Shown in pieces: positions 9,238 to 17,690 of a stretch of 64,000 nt of DNA. Both the position numbers and the translations under genes were made by a program. The first letter of the stretch is position 1. Each line of letters opens with the position of its first letter. Origin of the DNA: Myxococcota bacterium (GTDB lineage Bacteria; Myxococcota_A; UBA796; CAJQPC01); assembly GCA_036012755.1 (NCBI GenBank), contig DASCPX010000179.1, positions 113,198-177,197 on the forward strand, given 5' to 3'. The notes beneath the pieces are model-generated. The model saw only the letters and a list, made by a program, of their open reading frames with translations. It made no database searches and was not told the origin of the DNA.

Positions 9238-10152
9238 ATGACCCTCTCTCCCGAGCTCCTGCTCGCTCTCGATGGCTGTGCCCAGCCCAGCCTCTCCACA
9301 CCCACGGAGAGCCCGACCGGGGGTGCCCTCATCGGCACCTCGGTTGATACCTGCGGATGCGACTCCATCGCGGACGAGCTCGCCGAGCTGCGAGACGAGA
9401 TCGACGAGATCGAAGACGGCGCCGAGCGAGCCGCGAAGAAGGCCTCGAGGACGTAGATGTCTCCACGATCGACGACGCCCGCGCGGCGCTCTCGACGCTG
9501 AACGAGGCCCTCGCAGAGCTCGACGCAGAGCTCGACTCCATCACCGCCGAGCACGACATGCTGCTCGACGAAGAGGCAGAGATGCTCGAGCTCGCCGACT
9601 GTGACATCGAGGGGAGCAAGCCTCTGGGGCGGACCGACGCCGACGCGGAGGCCTACCACGCCCTCGAGGCGAACATCGACGAGGGCATCGCGCTGAGCTC
9701 GACCGGGCTCGACGCGACCATGCAGGTGGAGCGCCAGCTGAGGCGGATTCGGAAGCTCGCGGCGGCCTCTGCGGCGAGACGATGGACGACAACGAGCGCG
9801 AGTACCTGCAGGAGGCGTACGTGGCCGCGGCGACAGAGATCGACCGCGTCGCCTGGGTCACCGCCTACAACGGAATCCGCCTGCTGACGGCACGACCATC
9901 ATCCTCGGCGTCCAGACCGGCACGACCGACGACAGCTGGGCCCGAGTCACCGTGCGACTCGGGGACATGCGCTCGACCTTGCTCGGCGTCGACACGGCGA
10001 GCCTCGACCTGTCGAGCTCCATGGGGGCACAGGCGGCGCTGGACCCGGTCGACACGGCGCGCGACACGGTCGCCACCGACCGGGCGAGGCTGATGGCGGA
10101 CCGCGGGACCCTGCTCGCGGAGAGGCAGCGCATCGAAGACCTGCTGGACTGA
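9238..10152 (+). pseudogene. Flagellin-D1-like protein with lipoprotein-like N-terminus, broken by three frameshifts (pseudogene or sequence error)
   Basis: Joining frames at about 9435, 9773 and 9886 gives EGIALSSTGLDATMQVERQLRRIRKLAAASA-ETMDDNEREYLQ..EIDRVAWVTAYNGIRL-DGT..LGVQTG..VTVRLGDMRSTLLGVD..LDLSSSMGAQAALDPVDTARDTV..RA, which is collinear with flagellin D1. SD AAGGA at 9226. Confidence 0.75.
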
Positions 10153-10989
10153 TCAGCTGGTGGCGCGGACCTCTGCTATGAGGGCTTCCTCTTCCTGGTA
10201 GCGGGCGATGTTCGCCTCGATGAGCTCGTCCGGGTCGTAGCCCTTGTCCGTGAGGGCACCCCGGATGATCTGGTCCATGATCAGGAACTTGTCGTCGAGG
10301 AAGGTACCGACACGATCCGGGGGGTAGGTCGTGTGGAAGTCGAAGACGATGTCGAGACTGTGCTGGAAGCCGATGAGGCAGATGGGCTGGTAGCCCTGGT
10401 GCGAGCGGCGAGCGCCCCAACCGGCGTCGATGCCGTTGCGACGCAGGACCTCGCGCTCTTCTGGCTTGCCGACGCCGAGATCGAGCAGGGGGGCGTTGTA
10501 GCGCACCCCGTAGCGCTTGTAGAACTCGATGTTCTTGTCGCGGGTGACCGGCATGGACATCACGGCGTACTCGCCACCGACCGAGCTGCAGATGAAGGTG
10601 TTGGTGATGCCGCGCTCGAGATTGTAGAGGATGGTGTAGGTCCCCATCGACTCCTGGCATCCGAGACAGATGCACCAGTGACCACCGTACTTCAGCGTGT
10701 CGCGGATCCAACGGCTGGCCCCGATGCGGTCCCAGATCTTCGTGTGGTCGACGAGGTGGTGCTGGACGCGCAAGCCGAGCACCCGCTGGAGCTCCGGGGT
10801 GTGGCGCCGCGACCACTCGTTGAACAGCGCCGCGTAGTCGTGCTTGAAGGTCAAGAGGTGGATGCCACCGCGTCGATCCTCGCGCTGGTTGGTTCCGATG
10901 ATGATCGGCACCACGCAAGAGTCGAGGCCACCCGAATAGAGAACCGAGAAGTCCTTCAGCACCGCGTATTCGGCCATCGACAAGGGCAT
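10153..10989 (-). CDS. PP-loop (adenine nucleotide alpha hydrolase) family protein of unknown specificity
   Basis: VLYSGGLDS PP-loop, CICLGC cysteine cluster, later QPIC. Confidence 0.7.
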   Translation of the reverse strand: MPLSMAEYAVLKDFSVLYSGGLDSCVVPIIIGTNQREDRRGGIHLLTFKHDYAALFNEWSRRHTPELQRVLGLRVQHHLVDHTKIWDRIGASRWIRDTLKYGGHWCICLGCQESMGTYTILYNLERGITNTFICSSVGGEYAVMSMPVTRDKNIEFYKRYGVRYNAPLLDLGVGKPEEREVLRRNGIDAGWGARRSHQGYQPICLIGFQHSLDIVFDFHTTYPPDRVGTFLDDKFLIMDQIIRGALTDKGYDPDELIEANIARYQEEEALIAEVRATS

Positions 10990-11033
10990 GACCGGATCCT
11001 ACCGCCCCGTGATCGGTGCGATAGGTTGGGCCC

Positions 11034-11300
11034 ATGAGCCACGACCGCCAAGCCGCCAGCGCCGAGCTCCTCGAGTCCATCAGGGAGCGCATCCGAGAAG
11101 CCATCCCAGGCGCCGACGTCGACGTGCACGGAGCCGGCGGCCACTTCGAGATCGAGGTCGTCTCGGCTGAGTTCGAAGGCAAGCGGACCCTGCAGAAGCA
11201 CCGGATGGTGCTCCAGGCGATCGCGCCGTTGATGTCCGGCGCCAGCGCGCCCGTCCACGCCATCGACCGACTGTCGACGACCACGCCCAAGGAGACCTAG
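11034..11300 (+). CDS. BolA/IbaG family protein
   Basis: GGHFEIEVVSAEFEGKRTLQKHRMV...VHAI. Confidence 0.92.
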   Translation: MSHDRQAASAELLESIRERIREAIPGADVDVHGAGGHFEIEVVSAEFEGKRTLQKHRMVLQAIAPLMSGASAPVHAIDRLSTTTPKET

Positions 11301-13651
11301 ATCTCCACGGTCAGGCCCGCGAGGGCCCCGTCGAGGCGGCGCACCTCTGAGAGGACCTCTTCCTGGGTCAGGCTGCGCTCGGGGTGGTTGAACTCGAGCT
11401 CGACGGTGACGCGCTTGCAGCCCTCTGGCACGCCGCGGCCGGCGTAGACGTCCCGCACGCTGTGGCGGACGAGGCGCTGGAGCCCGACCTCGGCGACCTG
11501 CTCCAGCAGGGTCGAGGCCAGATGCCGGGCAGGTGCCAGCACGTTGACGTGGATCTCGATCGACGGGAAGCGTGGCGGAGGCGTGAAGCGCGGCGTCTCC
11601 GGGACCCCTGAGAGCAGGGCCTCGAAGTCCACGTGGAAGGCCGTGAAGGGTGCCCCGAGATCAAGCTCGGAGGCTAGGGTCGGGTGGAGCTCGCCCAGGA
11701 ACCCGATGACCGCTCCCCCGCTGGTCAGCACAGCCTGCCGAGATGGATGGAAGCAGCGCGGCAGGCACCAGCCCGGGGCCGCGCCCAGCTCCACGCTCAC
11801 CTCGACACCCAGCAGCCCCAGCGCGGCGAGCACCGCGTCACGGGCGGCGTAGAAGGCGCGGTCGAGGTCGCCCTCGGCCACGGCGCCGCTGAGGTGATGC
11901 CGCTCGACGAGCTGGCCGTCGACGCGACCGTAGATCTTCGCGATCTCGAAGAGCCTCACCGAAGAGAGGCTCTTCCGGTTCAGGCGCACCGCCTCGACGA
12001 GGTCGGGGAGACTGCTCGGACGGAAGAACCGGTAGTGCTCGACCAGGGGGTTCTTCAGCTCCAGGAGCGTCTCGAGGGGCAGCCCGTAGCGCTGGACCTC
12101 CGCATCGCCGATCCACTGGCCGAGGTAGACCTCGTCGAAGCCGAGACCGGTGAGGGCCCGCCGGAGCGCGAAGCCCTTGGTGAACACCGGGTTGTCCCGG
12201 GGCGCGGCCAGCGGCGCCGTTGGCAGCTCGGCCACGACGTGCTCATAGCCGTGGATGCGCCCGACCTCCTCGTTGAGCGTCTCCTGGATGTCGATGTCCG
12301 GGCGGAAGTCCGGGACGAGCACGTTCCAGCTCTCGTCCACCTCGAAGCCGAGCTTCTCGAAGCGAGCGCGGATCAGCGCGTCAGGCACGTCCATGCCGAT
12401 GCGGGCTCGCGCTTCGTCCGGAGAGAAGGCGACCGTGACCGCCTCTCGCGGCGAGGGCCATTCATCGACCGCAGCGCCGACACGCACGCTCGGGCCCCCG
12501 ACCTCTGTCAGGAGCCTGGCCAGGCGAGCCGCGCCCCGGTGGACACCGCTCTCTGGGAGCCCCTTCTCGAAGCGCAGAGATGCCTCTGTGCGCAGCGCCA
12601 GCCGCCGCGAGCAGCGTCGAACGGTGAACATGTCGAAGGCCGCGGACTCGACGAGCACGTCGGTCGTGTCGTCGCCGATCTCGCTGTGGAGATCGCCCAT
12701 GACGCCGGCCAGCGCCACCGGCTCGTCCCCGTCGGTCACCAGCATGCACTCACTCGTCAGGCTGCGCTGCACACCGTCCAGCGTCGTGATGCTCTCGCCG
12801 TCGGTCGCCATGCGCAGCCCGATGACCCCGGTCTTCAGCTGGCGCCGGTCGAAGGTGTGGAGCGGCTGCCCCAGCTCGAGCATCGCCAGGTTGGCGGCGT
12901 CGACGATGTTCGTGATGGGCCGCATGCCCAGCTTGCGGACGGCGTTCTGCAGCCACTGGGGCGAAGGGCCGACCTCCAGATCGTGGATCTGGAGAGCCAG
13001 GTAGCGGCTGCAGTTTTCCGTGCGGATGTCGATTGCGACGTCCTTCAACTGCGCCCAGTCGGTGGAGGCGGCCGGGGGCTCGTGGACGTCAGTGCCGAAG
13101 ATGGCGGCCACGTCGCGGGCCATGCCGAGCAAGGAGTAGAGATCGGAGCGGTTGGGCTCCAGATCGAACTCCAGGACGACATCGTCGAGTTGCAGAGCGT
13201 CGAAGGGATCGGCGTCGTCCTCTACGTCGGGCCCGAAGCCCAGGGGGTGCGCCGCGTCGGCCCCGATGCCAGCTGTCGCCTCGCTGAGCAGCATGCCGTC
13301 AGAGGCGAGACCCTCGACCGGCCGAGCGAGGACCGGCTCGCCCAGCGGGGTCGTGGACCCTGCGAGCACCGCGGCGTAGCGCTGGCCGGCTAGCACACCG
13401 TGCTTGTTCCCCACGACGAGGTGGATCGACCCACCAGAGTGGGCCGCGAGCCAGCGATCGTAGTCGTCACCACTGTCGGCGACCTCGACGAGGCGGGCGA
13501 TGACGACGCCGACGAAGCTCTCCCGCGAGGGGAAGCGGTGGATGCCCTCGACCTCCGAGATTCGACCGTTCATCAGGTCGGCGAGCTCTTCGACGGACAC
13601 CCCTGGAGGGATGTCGACGAGCTTGCCCAGGAGCGAGACGGGAACACGCAT
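11297..13651 (-). CDS. pheT: Phenylalanine--tRNA ligase beta subunit
   Basis: PNRSDLYS.LGMARD, NIVDAAN..MLELGQPLHTFD, TEASLRFEKG, RPDI...EEVGRIHGY, LFEI, C-terminal FDX-ACB (DVYAG..VPEG). Confidence 0.95.
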   Translation of the reverse strand: MRVPVSLLGKLVDIPPGVSVEELADLMNGRISEVEGIHRFPSRESFVGVVIARLVEVADSGDDYDRWLAAHSGGSIHLVVGNKHGVLAGQRYAAVLAGSTTPLGEPVLARPVEGLASDGMLLSEATAGIGADAAHPLGFGPDVEDDADPFDALQLDDVVLEFDLEPNRSDLYSLLGMARDVAAIFGTDVHEPPAASTDWAQLKDVAIDIRTENCSRYLALQIHDLEVGPSPQWLQNAVRKLGMRPITNIVDAANLAMLELGQPLHTFDRRQLKTGVIGLRMATDGESITTLDGVQRSLTSECMLVTDGDEPVALAGVMGDLHSEIGDDTTDVLVESAAFDMFTVRRCSRRLALRTEASLRFEKGLPESGVHRGAARLARLLTEVGGPSVRVGAAVDEWPSPREAVTVAFSPDEARARIGMDVPDALIRARFEKLGFEVDESWNVLVPDFRPDIDIQETLNEEVGRIHGYEHVVAELPTAPLAAPRDNPVFTKGFALRRALTGLGFDEVYLGQWIGDAEVQRYGLPLETLLELKNPLVEHYRFFRPSSLPDLVEAVRLNRKSLSSVRLFEIAKIYGRVDGQLVERHHLSGAVAEGDLDRAFYAARDAVLAALGLLGVEVSVELGAAPGWCLPRCFHPSRQAVLTSGGAVIGFLGELHPTLASELDLGAPFTAFHVDFEALLSGVPETPRFTPPPRFPSIEIHVNVLAPARHLASTLLEQVAEVGLQRLVRHSVRDVYAGRGVPEGCKRVTVELEFNHPERSLTQEEVLSEVRRLDGALAGLTVEI

Positions 13652-13679
13652 AAGCCTTCCAGCGAGGCCCCGTCTCTAA

Positions 13680-14003
13680 TCACATCTCGAGGGCCAGGCG
13701 CAGGAGAATGCCGACGGCGAACTGGATGGCGAAGCCGATCTTCGCCCCCTTCTTGGTCTCGGCCCCCTTCGCGATGGCGAGCACCAGGATGGCGCCGATG
13801 CAGCCGCCGAAGAAGCCTGCGAGGAAGCCACCCCAGAACGTGCCTTCGACGACCGCCGCCTCCTCGAGGCCGTCCGCCTGGTCGATCGCGACATTGTCGC
13901 TGCACTCCTCACAGATCAGCCCGTCACCGCTGTAGGTCCCGGTGGCAGGATCGAGTGGGCCGTTGCATCGGGGGCAGGTCTCGCCCTTCTGTTGGATTTC
14001 CAT
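13680..14003 (-). CDS. Small membrane protein with N-terminal zinc-ribbon-like CxxC pairs
   Basis: CPRC...CEEC followed by two hydrophobic helices. TAGACT lies 6 nt before the ATG. Confidence 0.7.
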   Translation of the reverse strand: MEIQQKGETCPRCNGPLDPATGTYSGDGLICEECSDNVAIDQADGLEEAAVVEGTFWGGFLAGFFGGCIGAILVLAIAKGAETKKGAKIGFAIQFAVGILLRLALEM

Positions 14004-14020
14004 TTCGGCAGTCTACACCT

Positions 14021-14371
14021 TCAGGGGCACGCGCCCTGGGCGAGAGCCTCCCAACCACAGCGTTCAACCCGCTTGAGCCAGGCCTTGACCTCGCTGCGGC
14101 TGGCCTCGACCAGCGGCGAATTGGGCACCCCCCGCCCGGTAAGCCACGACCCGAAGGCACCCGCGGCCGCGGCGTCGGTCAGGGCCTCGATCTCCGCAAA
14201 TCGGAAGAGCGCCGCTGCCTGGGCGGCGAGGAAGTCCAGCTGCTCCTTCTTGCGGGCCTCGTTGCCACGGTGGATCGGGATCATCACGGCGGGGTCGCTG
14301 GTGTTGGGAGAGGTCGTCACCATGACCAGGGTCGTCGCCCGCTCGGCGAGCACCACGTTCGCGCGCCTCGA
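14021..14371 (-). pseudogene. Orphan 3' fragment paralogous to the C-terminus of the 14860-16329 HExxH protein
   Basis: EQLDFLAAQAAALFRF..EALTDAAAAGAF...KRVERCGW aligns with EQLDFLAANIAAAFRF..PALTDMAASAAF...KRARRCDDGW. An in-frame stop lies at 14372-14374. Confidence 0.75.
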
Positions 14372-14855
14372 TCACGAAGGGCGGCCCTTCCGCCTCGGGC
14401 GCTACAGCGACTCCTGGGTGGTGGTGGGCTTCGTCTACACCCACTGCCAGTCTCCGACGGCGTGCCCGCTGACGATGAGCCGGATGGCGGGCGTGCAGAA
14501 GCTCTGGGACGAGGAGGAGGCAGAGGACCGCACCGGCGGGGTGGACCTGCTGCTGCTCACGCTCACCTTCGACGCCGCCCGGGACGGCCCGGATGCGCTG
14601 AAGGCCTACGGGGAGATGTTCGGCGCGGACTTCGGCTCGTGGACGCTGGCGACAGGCCCCGACGAGCTGATGAACGACGCCCTGCCCGCGCTCTTCGGCG
14701 TCCTGGCGCTGACCTTCTCCGGCGGCCAGATCAGCCACAGCGTGAAGGTCGCGCTGTTGAAGCCTGGCCTGGAGCTGGCGGCGGAGTGGCCCGACAACGC
14801 CTTCGAGCCAGCGGATGTCGTCGCCGAGATCCTCGAACCAGAGGGCGACCCCTGA
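14358..14855 (+). pseudogene. SCO/SenC family copper chaperone, 5'-truncated
   Basis: LDHEGRPFRL..VVVGFVYTHCQSPTACP, LTFDAARDGP, WTLATG, ISHS. No signal/TM segment or plausible start precedes the domain. Confidence 0.75.
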
Positions 14856-14859
14856 ACGA

Positions 14860-16329
14860 TCAGCAGCGCCACTCGGCGAGGCCGATCCAGCCATCGTCGC
14901 AGCGACGAGCGCGCTTGACGTAGTCACGGATGAGCTCACGCTCCGCGGCGACATAGGGCTGGCCGACCACGGGTGTCCTGGTCGTGATCCAGGCAAAGGC
15001 GGCGCTGGCGGCCATGTCCGTGAGCGCCGGCTCGAAGCCGAAGCGGAAGGCTGCAGCGATGTTGGCTGCGAGGAAGTCCAGCTGCTCCAGCTCGCCCGCG
15101 GAGCGGATCACCGAAGCGGGGACCTCGACGGTGACGGGACCCTTCATGTCACCGAAGCGGGCCAGGTGCGAGTAGCGATCGCGCAGCTCGATCCCTGCCC
15201 TTCGCGGCGCTGCTCCGAAGTCCTCCTCCAGCAGGTCGAAGAACTCGAGCAGGTGGGTGTCGAACTCCGCCAGGGGCTCCGCGAGCCCCCCCGTGAGATC
15301 CCGCAGCGTGTAGCGCTCGTGGACCCTGCACAGAGGGTTGGGGACGAGGTCCTCGACGCCGTCCGACTCCACCGCGAACCACATGCCGCCGGGGTGCTCG
15401 GCGTGGTTGGGGGACATCCGCACCCCTCGCTTCAGGGTCGAGTCGGGCCAGCGCTCGCCAGCGGTGTCGTGCCCGTGCAGGTTCCCTCCGCCGTGCAGAT
15501 CGATGCGCTCGGCACCGGGCGGTCGCCAGGGGGAGCACACGACCGACCCATCGCGGGGAATGACGATGGCGTGGTCCGGATACCCCGTCGAGCCATCCCA
15601 CCAGCCGTCGCCGTCGGTGTCCCAGCTGTAGGGGTCCGTGCCGCCCAGCGTCTCGTAGAGCGTCGTCAGCCCATCCCGATCCGGATCGCCGAGGGCGGCC
15701 CTCTGGCTCCGCACATCGAAGAGCGCCTCCAGCACCAGCAGGCCTCCGTCCCTGGCGCGGAGCTCCTCGTAGAGAGCCTCCGTGCTGTCGAGGTCGGCCC
15801 AGAAACGCTCCGGGGGAATGACCAGACCGATGGCCTCGAAGAGCCGCTGGGAGTTGACGTAGTAGGCCTCGACCTCGGCGGAGCTGAGCTCGTCGAATGA
15901 GTCCACCGCGGAGGTCCAGGTCCGTATGTCGTCAGGCAGGGGCGGCTGTCCGCCCCAGTGACGGAAGCGCACGTGATCGGGAATGCGCTCGGCCACACAG
16001 AGGGCCAGAAGCTCCGCGCGGCCCTCGACCATCCAGGCGTCAGCCCCATGGATCCAGGCGTGTGAGACCTCGTGAGCGAGCACGGCGTTGTCCGCCTCGG
16101 GCCGTAGGTGCAGCTCCACCAGCCCCGCCGAGATGGTGGTGTCCGCAGCCCCGTCAGGTCCCTCCGGATCGACGAGATCACGGTAGATCGGCACCTCTGC
16201 TGCGGCCATCGGCGTGCGACCGCTGCAAGCTTCGGCCGCAGCCCAGGCCGCCGTGGCGACCTCCACGTCCTCTGGCCGGTCCGCGGTGAAGACCGGCACG
16301 GCGAGCGCGGTTCCGAAAAGGGCGAGCAT
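14860..16329 (-). CDS. Secreted putative zinc metallopeptidase (HExxH...E) with Ca-binding DxDxDG motifs
   Basis: Signal MLALFGTALA, LAHEVSHAW..WMVEGRAE, GDPDRDGLTTLYE..GTDP..WDTDGDGWWDG. Confidence 0.7.
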   Translation of the reverse strand: MLALFGTALAVPVFTADRPEDVEVATAAWAAAEACSGRTPMAAAEVPIYRDLVDPEGPDGAADTTISAGLVELHLRPEADNAVLAHEVSHAWIHGADAWMVEGRAELLALCVAERIPDHVRFRHWGGQPPLPDDIRTWTSAVDSFDELSSAEVEAYYVNSQRLFEAIGLVIPPERFWADLDSTEALYEELRARDGGLLVLEALFDVRSQRAALGDPDRDGLTTLYETLGGTDPYSWDTDGDGWWDGSTGYPDHAIVIPRDGSVVCSPWRPPGAERIDLHGGGNLHGHDTAGERWPDSTLKRGVRMSPNHAEHPGGMWFAVESDGVEDLVPNPLCRVHERYTLRDLTGGLAEPLAEFDTHLLEFFDLLEEDFGAAPRRAGIELRDRYSHLARFGDMKGPVTVEVPASVIRSAGELEQLDFLAANIAAAFRFGFEPALTDMAASAAFAWITTRTPVVGQPYVAAERELIRDYVKRARRCDDGWIGLAEWRC

Positions 16330-16354
16330 GTTCCAGAGGATCGCACGGATCGGA

Positions 16355-16381
16355 CGATGAAATGTTCCAGCGATGAAATGT
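16355..16381. repeat. 11-bp direct repeat (CGATGAAATGT x2, 16-bp period) between divergent genes
   Basis: Copies at 16355-16365 and 16371-16381. The repeat is AT-rich relative to background. Confidence 0.8.
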
Positions 16382-16448
16382 CCGTCCCTCGTCGCGCTGC
16401 GCGCAGGATCTGCACGAACCGCCTGCGCCCGGCGCGGTCCCACCCCTC

Positions 16449-17099
16449 ATGCTGCTGTTGTCCCTCGCCTGCACCGACGCCAACCTCGCCTTCAAGATCC
16501 AGCAGGTCGAGGCCGCCCCGCTCCTCGAGGACTACGAGGCCGTCCTTGCCCACCTCGAGGCGGATCGCCTGGCGATGGCCGAGCGAGGTGCTACCGCCGA
16601 AGAGGCCCGCGAGCGCGTCCTGAGCGCCCTGCGCGACGACATCTGGCCCGCCTGGTACGGAACGACCTGGGGCTTCTACGGCACCACCCAGACCCCTCGC
16701 GAAGGGCAGATCGCCTGCGGCTACTTCGTCAGCACGACCCTGGAGGACGCGGGCTTCCAGGTGGAGCGCGTGAAGCTCGCACAGCAGGCCAGCAAGAAGA
16801 TCGTCCAGACCTTCTCGGAGCAGGACGTGACCACCTGGGGGCGCTCCAACGACGCAGTGCTCGACCGCCTCGAGCCGGGGCTGAACCTCGTCGGCCTCGA
16901 CTACCACGTGGCCTTCCTCGACGTGCGCGAGGACGACGTCTACATGTGCCACAGCTCGGTGCTGGAGCCGGTGAGCGTGGTCTGCGAGCCAGCCGCCACT
17001 GCAGAGGCCCTGGACTCGAACGTGCACGTGACGGGTCCGGTGCTGACCGACGAGGTCATGAAGAAGTGGCTGGCCGGCGAGCCGATCCCTACCCGCTGA
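16449..17099 (+). CDS. Lipoprotein, putative NlpC/P60-like (papain-fold) hydrolase
   Basis: MLLLSLAC signal. WYGTTW.F.G...IACGYFV, then HVAFL and HSS give a Cys/His/His pattern. Confidence 0.6.
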   Translation: MLLLSLACTDANLAFKIQQVEAAPLLEDYEAVLAHLEADRLAMAERGATAEEARERVLSALRDDIWPAWYGTTWGFYGTTQTPREGQIACGYFVSTTLEDAGFQVERVKLAQQASKKIVQTFSEQDVTTWGRSNDAVLDRLEPGLNLVGLDYHVAFLDVREDDVYMCHSSVLEPVSVVCEPAATAEALDSNVHVTGPVLTDEVMKKWLAGEPIPTR

Positions 17100-17628
17100 C
17101 CAACATCCCGGCGCGGAGCTCGTCGGCCTTGCCGCGCCCCACCAGCCGCGAGACCAGCGCCATCGCGAAGTCCATCGCTGTCCCTGGTCCCCTCGCGGTG
17201 ATGACGTGGCCGTCCTCGACCACGGCCTCCTCGCGCCGGTTGGCGCCGGTGAGCTCCTCCTCGAAGCCCGGGTAGCAGGTCGCGTCCCGACCCTCGAGGA
17301 CGCCCGCGGCGCCCAGCACGATCGGGGCAGCACAGATGGCCGCGATGACGCGCCCGGCCGCTGACTGGGCCTGCACGAGCTCCCTGACCTTCTCGCTGTC
17401 TCGCAGGGTCGTCGCACCGGGTAGCCCCCCGGGCAGGATCACCGCGTCCCACAGCCCGTCGCCGCCGAGCACGTGGTCCGCCTGGACGACGACTCCATGA
17501 GCCCCCTGGACCCAGGGCGCGTGGACGCCCACGGCGCTGACCTCGATGCCGGCACGTCTCAACACGTCGATCACGGTGATGGCCTCGATCTCCTCGAAGC
17601 CGTCTGCGAGGAGCACGCACGCGCGCAT
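17089..17628 (-). CDS. DJ-1/PfpI (YajL/ThiJ-like) family protein
   Basis: LADGFEEIEA, ILPGG.PGA, AAICAAP, ATCYPG, VITARGPGTA. Confidence 0.93.
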   Translation of the reverse strand: MRACVLLADGFEEIEAITVIDVLRRAGIEVSAVGVHAPWVQGAHGVVVQADHVLGGDGLWDAVILPGGLPGATTLRDSEKVRELVQAQSAAGRVIAAICAAPIVLGAAGVLEGRDATCYPGFEEELTGANRREEAVVEDGHVITARGPGTAMDFAMALVSRLVGRGKADELRAGMLVSG

Positions 17629-17690
17629 TGGACCTCCGGTCCCCGCAGAACCCTACCGCGATACGGCCTCGCGCGGGCTACCCTCGTCCA

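Noticed and set aside
13992..14855. A 287-aa novel SCO fusion protein
   Set aside because: Its first roughly 120 codons are the antisense of a gene fragment. It is better explained as a junction artefact.
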